64,000 bases of DNA from an uncultured Alphaproteobacteria bacterium (GCA_902553005.1 CACDIK010000001.1:12644-76643); one strand, 5' to 3'. Positions 11,114 to 20,824 are shown, numbered from the stretch's first letter. Notes: generated from the letters alone by a model not told the origin. Made by a program: numbers and translations.

Positions 11114-12208
11114 TTATATAAAATTATTTAGTACTATGATTCCGATATAACTAACAATTCCAACACAACAAGCTGCAGAAAAACCAACATAAAATGGTCT
11201 TATGCCTAAGCTTTTTAAAGAAACTAAATTTGTACTTATACCAACAGCTACCATTGCTATTGCTAATGAATACTCAGCGATAGATTTAATAATATTGATG
11301 ATTAATTGCCAGTTATTATTAGTTAATATTTCAAAAGCTAAATTACTATTTTGAATTCCATAATCTCCAATTGATCTTATAAGGCCCATAAGAATAAAAC
11401 CAATTATGAAAATTGGAAACATAGATATTAATGGTGGTTTACTATTGTTCTCACCAATATCATTTCTTAGATAGATATAGCTTATTGTAGGAATGACGAT
11501 TATCATGCTGACATTTCTTACTAATTTTGTAATCGTTGCTATATCCATAGTTTTTGGTGAATTGAATTGTTCTGCATATATCAATCCAGCACCAGCAACT
11601 TGAGCTGTTTCATGTATTGAAGTTCCAAGAAATAATCCTGATGCTAACTCATCTCCGCTAAAAAGATAATAAGCCATAAATGGATAGAGAAACATTGCAA
11701 TTATTCCAAATATTGTAATATTTGCTATGGCATAAGCAACTTCCTCTTTATCAGCATTAATTGCAGGACTAGTTGCTACAATTGCGGATGCTCCACAAAT
11801 ACTTGTTCCAACTGCAATTAATGATCCCATTTTTGAAGAAACATTTAATAACTTGCATAAATAATTTACAACCAAGATTGATATAATAATACAAGCAACA
11901 ATTAGAGGTATTCCAACTATTCCAACTTTAAAAATATCTAAAAGTCCTAGTCTAATACCAAGACATATTATTCCTAATCTTAGAATAAATTTTAAAGAAA
12001 ACTTAATTCCTTCTAATAAAAAATTATTAATATGAAATATATTTCCTATCAAAAGACCAAATATTATTGATAGCATTATTGGTGATATTGGACTTTTTTT
12101 TAAATTTAAAATTTCTTTTCCGATAAAATCACTTAGGAATATGCTTGAGTAAGCAATAATAAAACAAAAGATAATTCCTGGAAATATTTTATATATTGAG
12201 CTTACCAT
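11114..12208 (-). CDS. YeiH/UPF0324 family membrane protein (putative sulfate-exporter family)
   Basis: 364 aa polytopic membrane protein. GTSICGASAIVA and GTSIHETAQV segments match my recollection of YeiH-type proteins. Confidence 0.7.
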   Translation of the reverse strand: MVSSIYKIFPGIIFCFIIAYSSIFLSDFIGKEILNLKKSPISPIMLSIIFGLLIGNIFHINNFLLEGIKFSLKFILRLGIICLGIRLGLLDIFKVGIVGIPLIVACIIISILVVNYLCKLLNVSSKMGSLIAVGTSICGASAIVATSPAINADKEEVAYAIANITIFGIIAMFLYPFMAYYLFSGDELASGLFLGTSIHETAQVAGAGLIYAEQFNSPKTMDIATITKLVRNVSMIIVIPTISYIYLRNDIGENNSKPPLISMFPIFIIGFILMGLIRSIGDYGIQNSNLAFEILTNNNWQLIINIIKSIAEYSLAIAMVAVGISTNLVSLKSLGIRPFYVGFSAACCVGIVSYIGIIVLNNFI

Positions 12209-12259
12209 TTAGAATATTCTTTATACAAAAAAAATATTTTTTACATATTTATATTAAAG

Positions 12260-12862
12260 TTAGATATTTTTTGCTGTATTCCATTCTTCTTGAGTATTAA
12301 TATTGAAAAAATTCTTTTCCTGGCTTTTGTCAAATTCAACAAATTTATATTTGTGTTTTTTAACCCAAAACATAATTTTACTATTTTTTAATTTTAACTC
12401 ATTTTCTAAACTAGTTATTAACGATATATGCCACATTGCTATTACGGGATGATGCCTACTATTTGATCTTGCAATCAATATTTTTATATTTTCATCGTAT
12501 GCCTCTAAAAACTTATCTAAAAGATTATCGGGTAAAAATGGGGTATCACTTGGAACAGTAAAAATCCATTCTTTGTTTATGTAATTTTCTTTAGTCCACA
12601 ACATAGATGTGTGTATCCCTGCTAAAGGCCCTACAAAACCTTTGAATCTATCTTCAATTATTGGGTAATCAATTTTCTTAAAACTTTTTAAGTCATTAGC
12701 ATTTATTATTATTTCATTATTATATTTTTTAAGTTTTTTTATTATTTTGTCTAAGATAGTAATTCCATTTATTTTAGCAAAAGCTTTAAATCCACCTCCA
12801 AATCTTTTTGACTGACCTCCAGCAAGTATGGCAAACAAAATTTTTTTCTTATTTATGTTCAA
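12260..12862 (-). CDS. mobA: molybdenum cofactor guanylyltransferase
   Basis: 200 aa; N-terminal ILAGGQSKRFGG nucleotide-binding motif; lies in a Moco/FDH context. Confidence 0.85.
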   Translation of the reverse strand: MNINKKKILFAILAGGQSKRFGGGFKAFAKINGITILDKIIKKLKKYNNEIIINANDLKSFKKIDYPIIEDRFKGFVGPLAGIHTSMLWTKENYINKEWIFTVPSDTPFLPDNLLDKFLEAYDENIKILIARSNSRHHPVIAMWHISLITSLENELKLKNSKIMFWVKKHKYKFVEFDKSQEKNFFNINTQEEWNTAKNI

Positions 12863-13667
12863 TTCTATGTTCCCCAGAAAGTGCTAAATATTTTTTTCCT
12901 TTTGCTCGTCCAATAAGTGTTAAATTCGAATCTCTCGCCAGCTCTACACCCCATGCTGTGAATCCTGATCTAGAAATTAATATTGGAATACCCATTTTTA
13001 TAGTTTTAATAACCATTTCACTAGTTAGTCTTCCTGTGGTGTAAAAAATTTTATTTGAAGAGCTAATTTTTTTTAAAAACATAAAACCAGCAATTTTATC
13101 TACAGCATTATGTCTGCCAACGTCTTCCATATAAATCAATGGTTTATTATTATGGATAATGGCACAACCATGTATTGCTCCTGTTTCTAAATATAAGCTT
13201 GGTGTTAATGTAATTTTTTTTGAAATTTCATAAATCCATTTATGTTTAATTTTCTTTTTGGATTTTAATTTTGTTTTTTTTATTTCCGCATAGATATCCC
13301 CAAATACAGTACCTATTGCACAACCACTAGTTGTTATTTTCTTTCTTAATTTGTTTTCATAATTTGTTTTACGTTTTGTTCGTACAACAACCACATCTAA
13401 ATCTTTATCAATTTCAACTTTTGTTATTATGTCATTTTTTTTAAGCATATTTTGATTTAATAAATACCCAACTGCAAGATATTTTGGGTGATCACTAATA
13501 GACATTAGCGTTACTATCTCTTGATTATTAAGAAAAATTGTAAGAGCTTTTTCATTAATAACTTTAGAAATTATTTTATTCCCTTTCTCATCAAAACCAT
13601 CTAGTTTTGTAATTAAGGACTTATTATTAATATCAGGTGAGACTAAATATTTCTCTTTTTTTCCCAT
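12849..13667 (-). CDS. fdhD: formate dehydrogenase accessory sulfurtransferase FdhD/FdsC
   Basis: 272 aa; EDVGRHNAVDK motif and FdhD-like length; adjacent to FDH structural genes. Confidence 0.85.
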   Translation of the reverse strand: MGKKEKYLVSPDINNKSLITKLDGFDEKGNKIISKVINEKALTIFLNNQEIVTLMSISDHPKYLAVGYLLNQNMLKKNDIITKVEIDKDLDVVVVRTKRKTNYENKLRKKITTSGCAIGTVFGDIYAEIKKTKLKSKKKIKHKWIYEISKKITLTPSLYLETGAIHGCAIIHNNKPLIYMEDVGRHNAVDKIAGFMFLKKISSSNKIFYTTGRLTSEMVIKTIKMGIPILISRSGFTAWGVELARDSNLTLIGRAKGKKYLALSGEHRIEHK

Positions 13668-13693
13668 ATGTTGTAATTAAACTAATAATATAA

Positions 13694-14386
13694 ATGAACA
13701 TATTAGAAATTTTCACAAATTCCATACTATTAATTATTACTTTAGATAATGAACTATGGGACATTATACTTTTATCATTATTTGTAAGTTTTACTGCCCT
13801 AATTATTGCATCATTATTAGGATTTATTGTAGGGTATTTTTTTGCAATTTATAATTTTTATTTCAAAAAAATTATTTTAATAATTATAAACTCATTGATG
13901 GGAATTCCTCCAGTTGTAGTTGGTTTAATTGTTTATTTTATTTTTGCATCAGGTGGGCCTTTAGGTATCTTACAACTTCTATACACACCTTCTGCTATGA
14001 TTATTGCTCAAACTATAATAATTTTTCCAATAATTGCCTCATTATCTCATGAGATATTTTCTAAAAATTGGATTGAATTTAAAGATCAGATAAGATCCTT
14101 AAATATTCCTTTTTGGGGTTCTGTAAAACTTTTATTTAACCATAGTTATTTTTTATTAATAACAACAATATTATCTGCATTTGGAAGAGCAATTTCAGAA
14201 GTTGGTGCAGTTATGATTGTGGGTGGTAATATTGATCATTATACACGAGTAATGACAACTGCTATATCCTTAGAAACTAGAATGGGAAATTTAGAATACG
14301 CTATGGCATTAGGTTTAGTTTTAATATCAATAACAATAATTATTTACTCGCTTGTATATTTATTAAATAATAGATCTATTAAATGA
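13694..14386 (+). CDS. ABC transporter permease, tungstate/molybdate type (TupB/ModB-like)
   Basis: 230 aa, about 5-6 TM. The EAA-loop-like FGRAISEVGAVMIVGGNI...TTAISLETRMG matches my recollection of TupB-type oxyanion permeases. No ATPase or binding-protein gene is adjacent. Confidence 0.65.
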   Translation: MNILEIFTNSILLIITLDNELWDIILLSLFVSFTALIIASLLGFIVGYFFAIYNFYFKKIILIIINSLMGIPPVVVGLIVYFIFASGGPLGILQLLYTPSAMIIAQTIIIFPIIASLSHEIFSKNWIEFKDQIRSLNIPFWGSVKLLFNHSYFLLITTILSAFGRAISEVGAVMIVGGNIDHYTRVMTTAISLETRMGNLEYAMALGLVLISITIIIYSLVYLLNNRSIK

Positions 14387-14865
14387 AAATAGTAGGAATT
14401 GTTGGCTGGAAGGACTCAGGAAAAACAACTATTGCAACTAAAATTATAAATAAACTTAGCTCTAAAAATTTTCGTGTTGCTTCAATTAAACATGCACATC
14501 ACGAATTTGATATAGATCATGACAATACAGATAGCTTTAAGCATAGATTAGCAGGATCTTCTCAAGTGATAGTTAGTTCATCGAAGCGATGGGTTAAAAT
14601 ATCAGAGCTAAACGATTCAAAAGAAAAAACATTAGATGAATTAATTAATCAACTTTCAGAAATTGATATTGTAATAGTGGAAGGGTTTAAAAATGATAAT
14701 CACCCAAAAATTGAAATAATTAAAAATGATAATGATAATTACTTATTTACCAAAATTAAAAATATAAAAGCTATTATTTCAAATAATAAACTTGAAACTG
14801 ACTTGATAATTTTTAAGAATCACGAAATTGATAATATAGTCGATTTTATTTTGAGAGAATTTTAA
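14383..14865 (+). CDS. mobB: molybdopterin-guanine dinucleotide biosynthesis adapter protein MobB
   Basis: 160 aa; P-loop GWKDSGKTT followed by ASIKHAHH, typical of MobB. Confidence 0.85.
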   Translation: MKIVGIVGWKDSGKTTIATKIINKLSSKNFRVASIKHAHHEFDIDHDNTDSFKHRLAGSSQVIVSSSKRWVKISELNDSKEKTLDELINQLSEIDIVIVEGFKNDNHPKIEIIKNDNDNYLFTKIKNIKAIISNNKLETDLIIFKNHEIDNIVDFILREF

Positions 14866-16079
14866 TGAATAAATCACCTCTAACCAAAAAACAAATTGTT
14901 AATTTATTTAAAAAACAAAAGATTGTAATTTTTAACTCTGAAAAAGTTAATTTAGAAAATTCAGAGGATAGATTTCTTTATGAAAATATAAAAAGTAAAA
15001 TTAATTTACCTCCTTTCAATAATTCTGCCGTAGACGGTTATGCTATTTTAAAAACAGATTTAAGAACAAAAAAAGTTTTTTTTTGTAATAGACGAATAGC
15101 AGCTGGAGATAACAAAAATATAAAAGTAAAACCTGGTGAAGCAGTTAGAATTTTTACTGGTGCAAAAATGCCTTCGAATTCATCAACTGTAGTTATGCAG
15201 GAAAATACATACAAGAAAGGAAATAAAATTCATTTAATTAAAATTCCAAAATTTGGAGATAATTATAGATCAAAGGGTGAAGATATAAAAAAAAACCAAA
15301 AAATATTGGAAAAGGGGTCTAAATTAAATCAACAAAATATAAATTTAATTGCTGCTACTGGTATTAGTAAAATAAAAGTATTTAAAAAAATTAAAATTGG
15401 TTTCTTTACAAGTGGTAATGAATTACGAAAACCAACTAAAAATTTAAAAAATTCTGAAATTAATAATTCAAATTATTATAGTTTAAATAATTTACTTGAT
15501 AAGAATTTTATAGAAAAAAAATATTGTGGAAATCTCAAAGATAATTTTAAATCTATTAAAAACAAAATTTTTAATACTTCAAAAAAATTTAATGTAATAA
15601 TAACTGCTGGTGGTGCATCTGTTGGTGATGAAGATCATTTAATTAAAGTTTTATCTGAAATAGGTAAGGTATATTTTTGGAGAGCAGCAATAAAACCAGG
15701 GAGACCTATTGCAGTTGGAAAAATAAATAAGTGCTACATAATTTGCTTACCAGGTAATCCAGTTTCTGTTCAATTATTATATGCAATGTTAGTAAAACCA
15801 TTAATAGTAAAAATATCTGGCGGAAATTTTAAGCTCCCATCTTCAAGTAAAATTACAGCAAATTTTTCTATGAAGAAAAAAACAAAGAGAATGGAGTGGT
15901 TACGTGTAAATAAAGAAACTATAAATAATAAAAATATTGCAAATAAATTTCCTAAACAAGGTTCTGGTATGATTAGTTCTATATCCTATTCTGATGGTAT
16001 AATTGAAATTGATGAAAATGTTTCTCAAGTAAACAAAGGAGATATTTTTGATTTTTATAATTATGAAAGTCTATTTTAA
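14865..16079 (+). CDS. moeA: molybdopterin molybdenumtransferase MoeA
   Basis: 404 aa; SAVDGYA, TGA.MP and ITAGGASVGDEDH motifs. Confidence 0.9.
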   Translation: MNKSPLTKKQIVNLFKKQKIVIFNSEKVNLENSEDRFLYENIKSKINLPPFNNSAVDGYAILKTDLRTKKVFFCNRRIAAGDNKNIKVKPGEAVRIFTGAKMPSNSSTVVMQENTYKKGNKIHLIKIPKFGDNYRSKGEDIKKNQKILEKGSKLNQQNINLIAATGISKIKVFKKIKIGFFTSGNELRKPTKNLKNSEINNSNYYSLNNLLDKNFIEKKYCGNLKDNFKSIKNKIFNTSKKFNVIITAGGASVGDEDHLIKVLSEIGKVYFWRAAIKPGRPIAVGKINKCYIICLPGNPVSVQLLYAMLVKPLIVKISGGNFKLPSSSKITANFSMKKKTKRMEWLRVNKETINNKNIANKFPKQGSGMISSISYSDGIIEIDENVSQVNKGDIFDFYNYESLF

Positions 16080-16327
16080 TTTTTAATTTTAAATCTATAA
16101 CGAATTACAATTTTATCTTTTATTTTTTCACAACTTAAATATTCATAGTTAGACTGATCACAATAATGTTTAAAGTCTGCTTCAGCCAAAGGATCAGTTG
16201 CAATAATTTTAATAATTGTATCTTTGTTTAATTCTGATGCAAGTTTTCTAGCCTTAAGCACTGGTATAGGACATTCTGTACCACTAGTATCAAGAACTAA
16301 TTCTTCATTTTCAACTGAATCTTTCAT
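16076..16327 (-). CDS. TusA/SirA-like sulfur carrier protein
   Basis: 83 aa; LDTSGTECPIPVLKARK is the CPxP active-site cysteine motif of the TusA family. Confidence 0.8.
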   Translation of the reverse strand: MKDSVENEELVLDTSGTECPIPVLKARKLASELNKDTIIKIIATDPLAEADFKHYCDQSNYEYLSCEKIKDKIVIRYRFKIKN

Positions 16328-16367
16328 AGTTTTCTGATACTTAATATATAGTATAATATTAATTAGA

Positions 16368-18071
16368 ATGGATAAATTTGTTTCTCAAACAGAAACTTCT
16401 TTAAAAAAGAAGAAAAGACGTTGGACTCCAAAAGGAAGACAAGTCGAAGATAAATATTTAGATGAAGTTTCTAAATTGTTTTCAGGGTTAATATTTAAGC
16501 GAGATGAATTAATAGAATATTTGCATATATTACAGGATAAATTTGGTGTTTTGTACGATAAACATCTAGTAGCCTTATCAACTATTATTAACTTACCACT
16601 TTCTGAAATTTATGAAGTTGCAACTTTTTATGCTCACTTTAATATAGTCAAAGATAGTAAAGATTATAACCCAGTGAATGTTGTAAGGGTTTGTGAAAGT
16701 TTAACTTGTGAATTATTTGGCGCACACAAATTACTTCAAGATATAAAAAAATTAGAAAATAAAAATATAAAAGTTGTACCTGGGCCATGCATGGGAAGAT
16801 GCAATGTTGCTCCTACTGTTTGCGTAGGAAAAAATTATGTTGATGTGGCTAATTTTGATAAAGTTAAAAAAACAATTGATGAAAAAAATTTTGACCCCTT
16901 TATTCCAGATTATATAAATTTATCTTCTTATAAAAAAAAAGGCGGTTATGAAATTGCGAACAAAATAAAAAATGGTGTTATCTCAAAAAAACAAGTTTTG
17001 GATTCTTTAAATGAAAGCGGATTGAAAGGTAAGGGTGGCGCTGGATTTCCTACAGGAAAAAAATGGGAAATTGTTTCAAATTACAATGGTAAAAAATATG
17101 TTGCTGTTAATGGTGATGAAGGTGAGCCGGGAACATTTAAAGATAGGTCATATTTAGAAAGTGATCCACATAGATTTTTAGAAGGAGCTTTAATTGCCTC
17201 CTATTTTATAAATGCTCAAAAAGTTTATATTTATATGAGAGATGAATATCCAACAGTAATAAAAATTTTACTTGATGAAATAAATAAAATGGAAGATGAA
17301 AGAATAATTCCAAAAGACTTTTTCATAGTGAGAAGAGGGGCAGGAGCCTATATTTGTGGAGAAGAGTCAGCAATGATAGAAAGTATTGAAGGCAAGAGAG
17401 GATTGCCAAGGCATAGACCGCCTTATGTAGCTGAAATTGGGTTATTTGGATATCCTACTTTAACAAATAATTTAGAAACTCTTTTTTGGGTAAGAGATAT
17501 AATTGAAAAAGGAGCAAAGTGGTTTGCTGAAAAGGGATCCAATGGGAATAAGGGTTTTCATAGTTTTTCAGTATCTGGAAGAGTAAAGAACCCAGGAGTA
17601 AAAGTTGCCCCAGCCGGTATAACAATTCAACAATTAATTGATAAGTATTGTGATGGTATGGCCGATGGACATACTTTTAAAGGATATCTTCCAGGAGGTG
17701 CATCAGGCGGTATTCTCCCCGCTACTATGAATGATATTCCACTTGATTATGGATCAAAAGAATTAATGGATGCGGGATGTTTTTTAGGTTCAGCGGCAGT
17801 AGTTGTATTGTCAGATCATGATAATATGAAAGATGTTGCACTTAATTTACTAAAATTTTTCGAAGAGGAAAGTTGTGGTCAATGTACACCATGCCGTTCC
17901 GGTACGGAGAAAACTGTAAAATTAATGCAAGAAAAAAATTGGAACAAGGAAAAATTAAAAGATTTAAGTGAAGTTATGGCTCAAGCATCTATATGTGGTT
18001 TAGGACAGGCTGCAACAAACCCATTAAATTCTGTTTTAAAATATTTTAGCAATGAAATAACTTATGACTAA
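16368..18071 (+). CDS. fdsB: NAD-dependent formate dehydrogenase diaphorase subunit, fused NuoE-like (FdsG) + NuoF-like (FdsB)
   Basis: 567 aa. The N-terminal thioredoxin-like 2Fe-2S domain carries CESLTC...CMGRC. It is followed by the GGAGFPTGKKW FMN/NAD site and the CGQCTPCR 4Fe-4S motif. Confidence 0.9.
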   Translation: MDKFVSQTETSLKKKKRRWTPKGRQVEDKYLDEVSKLFSGLIFKRDELIEYLHILQDKFGVLYDKHLVALSTIINLPLSEIYEVATFYAHFNIVKDSKDYNPVNVVRVCESLTCELFGAHKLLQDIKKLENKNIKVVPGPCMGRCNVAPTVCVGKNYVDVANFDKVKKTIDEKNFDPFIPDYINLSSYKKKGGYEIANKIKNGVISKKQVLDSLNESGLKGKGGAGFPTGKKWEIVSNYNGKKYVAVNGDEGEPGTFKDRSYLESDPHRFLEGALIASYFINAQKVYIYMRDEYPTVIKILLDEINKMEDERIIPKDFFIVRRGAGAYICGEESAMIESIEGKRGLPRHRPPYVAEIGLFGYPTLTNNLETLFWVRDIIEKGAKWFAEKGSNGNKGFHSFSVSGRVKNPGVKVAPAGITIQQLIDKYCDGMADGHTFKGYLPGGASGGILPATMNDIPLDYGSKELMDAGCFLGSAAVVVLSDHDNMKDVALNLLKFFEEESCGQCTPCRSGTEKTVKLMQEKNWNKEKLKDLSEVMAQASICGLGQAATNPLNSVLKYFSNEITYD

Positions 18072-20817
18072 AGAGAAAACAAAATTTTATTTAAACGAAA
18101 AGTTAGTTGAAGCAAATGCTGATGAAACTATTTGGCAAGTTGCAAATAGACTTGGAACAGAAATCCCACATTTATGTTATTCCGATAAACCTGGCTATAG
18201 AGCAGATGGAAATTGTAGAGCATGTATGGTTGAAATTGAAGGAGAACGTGTGTTAGCAGCATCTTGTATTAGAAAGCCAACTGATAGTATGAAAGTAAAA
18301 ACTTCTTCAAAAAAGGCTAAAAAATCAAGAGAGTTAGTTTTTGAATTACTTCTAGCAGACCAGCCAAAAAAAGAAATTGCTCATGATAATAATTCTGACT
18401 TTTGGAAATGGATAGACAAAGTTGAAGTTAAAGAAAGTAGATTTCCAAAAAAAACTTCATGTCAGGCAGACGTTTCTCATCCAAGCATGGCTGTAAATCT
18501 AGATGCATGCATCCAATGTAATCTTTGTGTAAGAGCATGTAGAGAAGTCCAAGTAAATGATGTCATCGGAATGGCATATCGAGGAGAAAATTCTAAAATT
18601 GTATTCGATTTTGATGATCCAATGGGTGACAGTACATGTGTGGCATGTGGTGAATGTGTACAAGCTTGTCCAACTGGAGCATTAATGCCGGCATCTATCG
18701 TAGATAAGGATGGTGTTGGTCATAGTAAGGTAGATAAAAAAATTGATAGTGTTTGTCCTTATTGTGGTGTTGGTTGTCAGATAGAATACAATGTAAAAGA
18801 TAACAAAATTAAATACGTTAATGGTGTTGACGGTCCCGCAAACAAGAATAGGTTATGTGTAAAGGGAAGATTTGGTTTTGATTATGTAAATAACCCAGAA
18901 AGACTTACAAAGCCATTGATTAGAATTAAAGACAAAGCAAAAGATTTGCATCCAAACATTAATTTTTCAAATATTCATGAATATTTTAGAGAAGCATCTT
19001 GGGATGAAGCTTTAGATTATGCTGCACAAGGATTCTTAAAACTTAAAAAACAACGAAATGGTACAAGTAATCTCGCGGGATTTGGATCAGCTAAATGTTC
19101 AAATGAAGAAGCATATTTATTTCAAAAATTAATACGAACTGGTTTTAATACTAACAATGTTGATCATTGTACAAGGCTTTGTCATGCGTCTTCAGTTGCG
19201 GCATTATTAGAAACTATTGGTTCAGGAGCTGTTACTGCTCCGTTCTATGAAGTTGAACATTCTGATGTGATAATAGTCATTGGTGCTAATCCAACTGAAA
19301 ACCATCCAGTAGCAGCAACTTTTTTTAAAAATGCTGCAAAAAAAGGTTCCAAATTAATTGTGATGGACCCTAGAGGTCATTCATTAAAAAAATATGCAAC
19401 TCATATGTTACAATTTAAACCTGGATCTGATGTTGCTCTCTTAAATTCAATAATGAATGTTATTGTTGAAGAAAATTTATTTAATTCTCAATACATTAAA
19501 AAACAAACTGAGGGATTTGATAAATTAAGAAAACATTTAATGAATTACTCACCTGATATAATGGAAAACGAAACAGGTATTGATCCAGAACTTATAAGAG
19601 AAGTAGCGCGCTTATATGCCAATACAAATAAAGGAATAATTTTTTGGGGGATGGGGATTTCTCAACACACACATGGTACCGACAATGCTAGATGTTTAAT
19701 TTCACTAGCTTTAATGACAGGGAATGTTGGAAAAAGAGGATCTGGTTTACATCCTTTAAGAGGACAAAATAATGTCCAAGGAGCGTCGGATGCTGGTCTT
19801 ATACCAATGATGTATCCTGATTACCAATTAGTTGATAAAGATAATAATAAAGATTTTTTTGAAAAACTTTGGAACACTCCTTTGGATGATAAAAAAGGTC
19901 TAACTGTTGTTGAAATTATGGATGCTATTCACGAGAATACAATTAAAGGAATGTATATACTTGGCGAGAATCCAGCTATGTCAGACCCTGATCTAAATCA
20001 TGCAAGAGAAGCTCTACAAATGTTAGAGCATTTAGTTGTTCAAGATATTTTTTTAACTGAAACAGCAACATATGCTGATGTTATTTTCCCCGCTTCAGCA
20101 TGGCCTGAAAAAAATGGAACAGTTACTAATACTAATAGACAAGTACAGATGGGTAGAAAAGCTTTAGACTCTCCAGGTGAAGCTAAAGAAGATTGGTGGA
20201 TAACAAAAGAACTTGGAAAAAGAATGGGTTTAAATTGGAAATATAATCATCCCAAGGAAATTTATGAAGAAATGTCACTGACAATGCCTTCATTAAATAA
20301 TATTTCTTGGGAAAGATTAGAAAATGAAAACTCTGTAACTTATCCAAGTAAATCTCCAACTACACCAGGAGATGAAATTGTTTTTGGTGATAAATTTCCA
20401 AACGAAAATGGTAAAGGTAAATTTGTTCCAGCTAGTGTTACTGCACCAGATGAAGTACCTGATAAAGAATTTGCGATGATACTAACCACAGGAAGACAAT
20501 TAGAGCATTGGCATACTGGAGCTATGACTAGAAAGGCATCAAATTTAGATGCCATCGAACCGGAACCTTCAGTATCAATATCACCTAAAGATATAATTAA
20601 AAATAATATGAAAGCTGGTGATAAAATAAAAGTCACAACTAGAAGAGGCTCAATAGATATTAGAGTAAGACAAGACAGGGCGATTCCTGATGGAGTTATA
20701 TTTATTCCATTTTGTTATAATGAGTCTGCCGCTAATCTTTTAACTAACCCAGCTTTAGATCCATATGGAAAAATTCCTGAATTTAAATATTGTGCAGCAA
20801 AAATTGAGAAGTTATAA
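18064..20817 (+). CDS. fdsA: formate dehydrogenase catalytic (alpha) subunit, Mo/W-bis-PGD, cysteine type
   Basis: 917 aa with an N-terminal 2Fe-2S domain plus several 4Fe-4S Cys clusters and a molybdopterin oxidoreductase domain. The metal-ligand position reads CTRLCHASS with TGT at 19180-19182, so it is not selenocysteine. Confidence 0.9.
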   Translation: MTKEKTKFYLNEKLVEANADETIWQVANRLGTEIPHLCYSDKPGYRADGNCRACMVEIEGERVLAASCIRKPTDSMKVKTSSKKAKKSRELVFELLLADQPKKEIAHDNNSDFWKWIDKVEVKESRFPKKTSCQADVSHPSMAVNLDACIQCNLCVRACREVQVNDVIGMAYRGENSKIVFDFDDPMGDSTCVACGECVQACPTGALMPASIVDKDGVGHSKVDKKIDSVCPYCGVGCQIEYNVKDNKIKYVNGVDGPANKNRLCVKGRFGFDYVNNPERLTKPLIRIKDKAKDLHPNINFSNIHEYFREASWDEALDYAAQGFLKLKKQRNGTSNLAGFGSAKCSNEEAYLFQKLIRTGFNTNNVDHCTRLCHASSVAALLETIGSGAVTAPFYEVEHSDVIIVIGANPTENHPVAATFFKNAAKKGSKLIVMDPRGHSLKKYATHMLQFKPGSDVALLNSIMNVIVEENLFNSQYIKKQTEGFDKLRKHLMNYSPDIMENETGIDPELIREVARLYANTNKGIIFWGMGISQHTHGTDNARCLISLALMTGNVGKRGSGLHPLRGQNNVQGASDAGLIPMMYPDYQLVDKDNNKDFFEKLWNTPLDDKKGLTVVEIMDAIHENTIKGMYILGENPAMSDPDLNHAREALQMLEHLVVQDIFLTETATYADVIFPASAWPEKNGTVTNTNRQVQMGRKALDSPGEAKEDWWITKELGKRMGLNWKYNHPKEIYEEMSLTMPSLNNISWERLENENSVTYPSKSPTTPGDEIVFGDKFPNENGKGKFVPASVTAPDEVPDKEFAMILTTGRQLEHWHTGAMTRKASNLDAIEPEPSVSISPKDIIKNNMKAGDKIKVTTRRGSIDIRVRQDRAIPDGVIFIPFCYNESAANLLTNPALDPYGKIPEFKYCAAKIEKL

Positions 20818-20824
20818 ATATTTT

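Noticed and set aside
12225-12245. A/T palindrome AAAAAATATTTTTT between yeiH-like and mobA as a bidirectional terminator
   Set aside because: It is composed only of A/T, so any hairpin would be very weak, and such palindromes are expected by chance in this composition.
19180-19182. Possible selenocysteine (TGA) at the formate dehydrogenase active site
   Set aside because: The metal-ligand codon in CTRLCHASS is TGT (Cys). The ORF is uninterrupted, so there is no recoding or SECIS.
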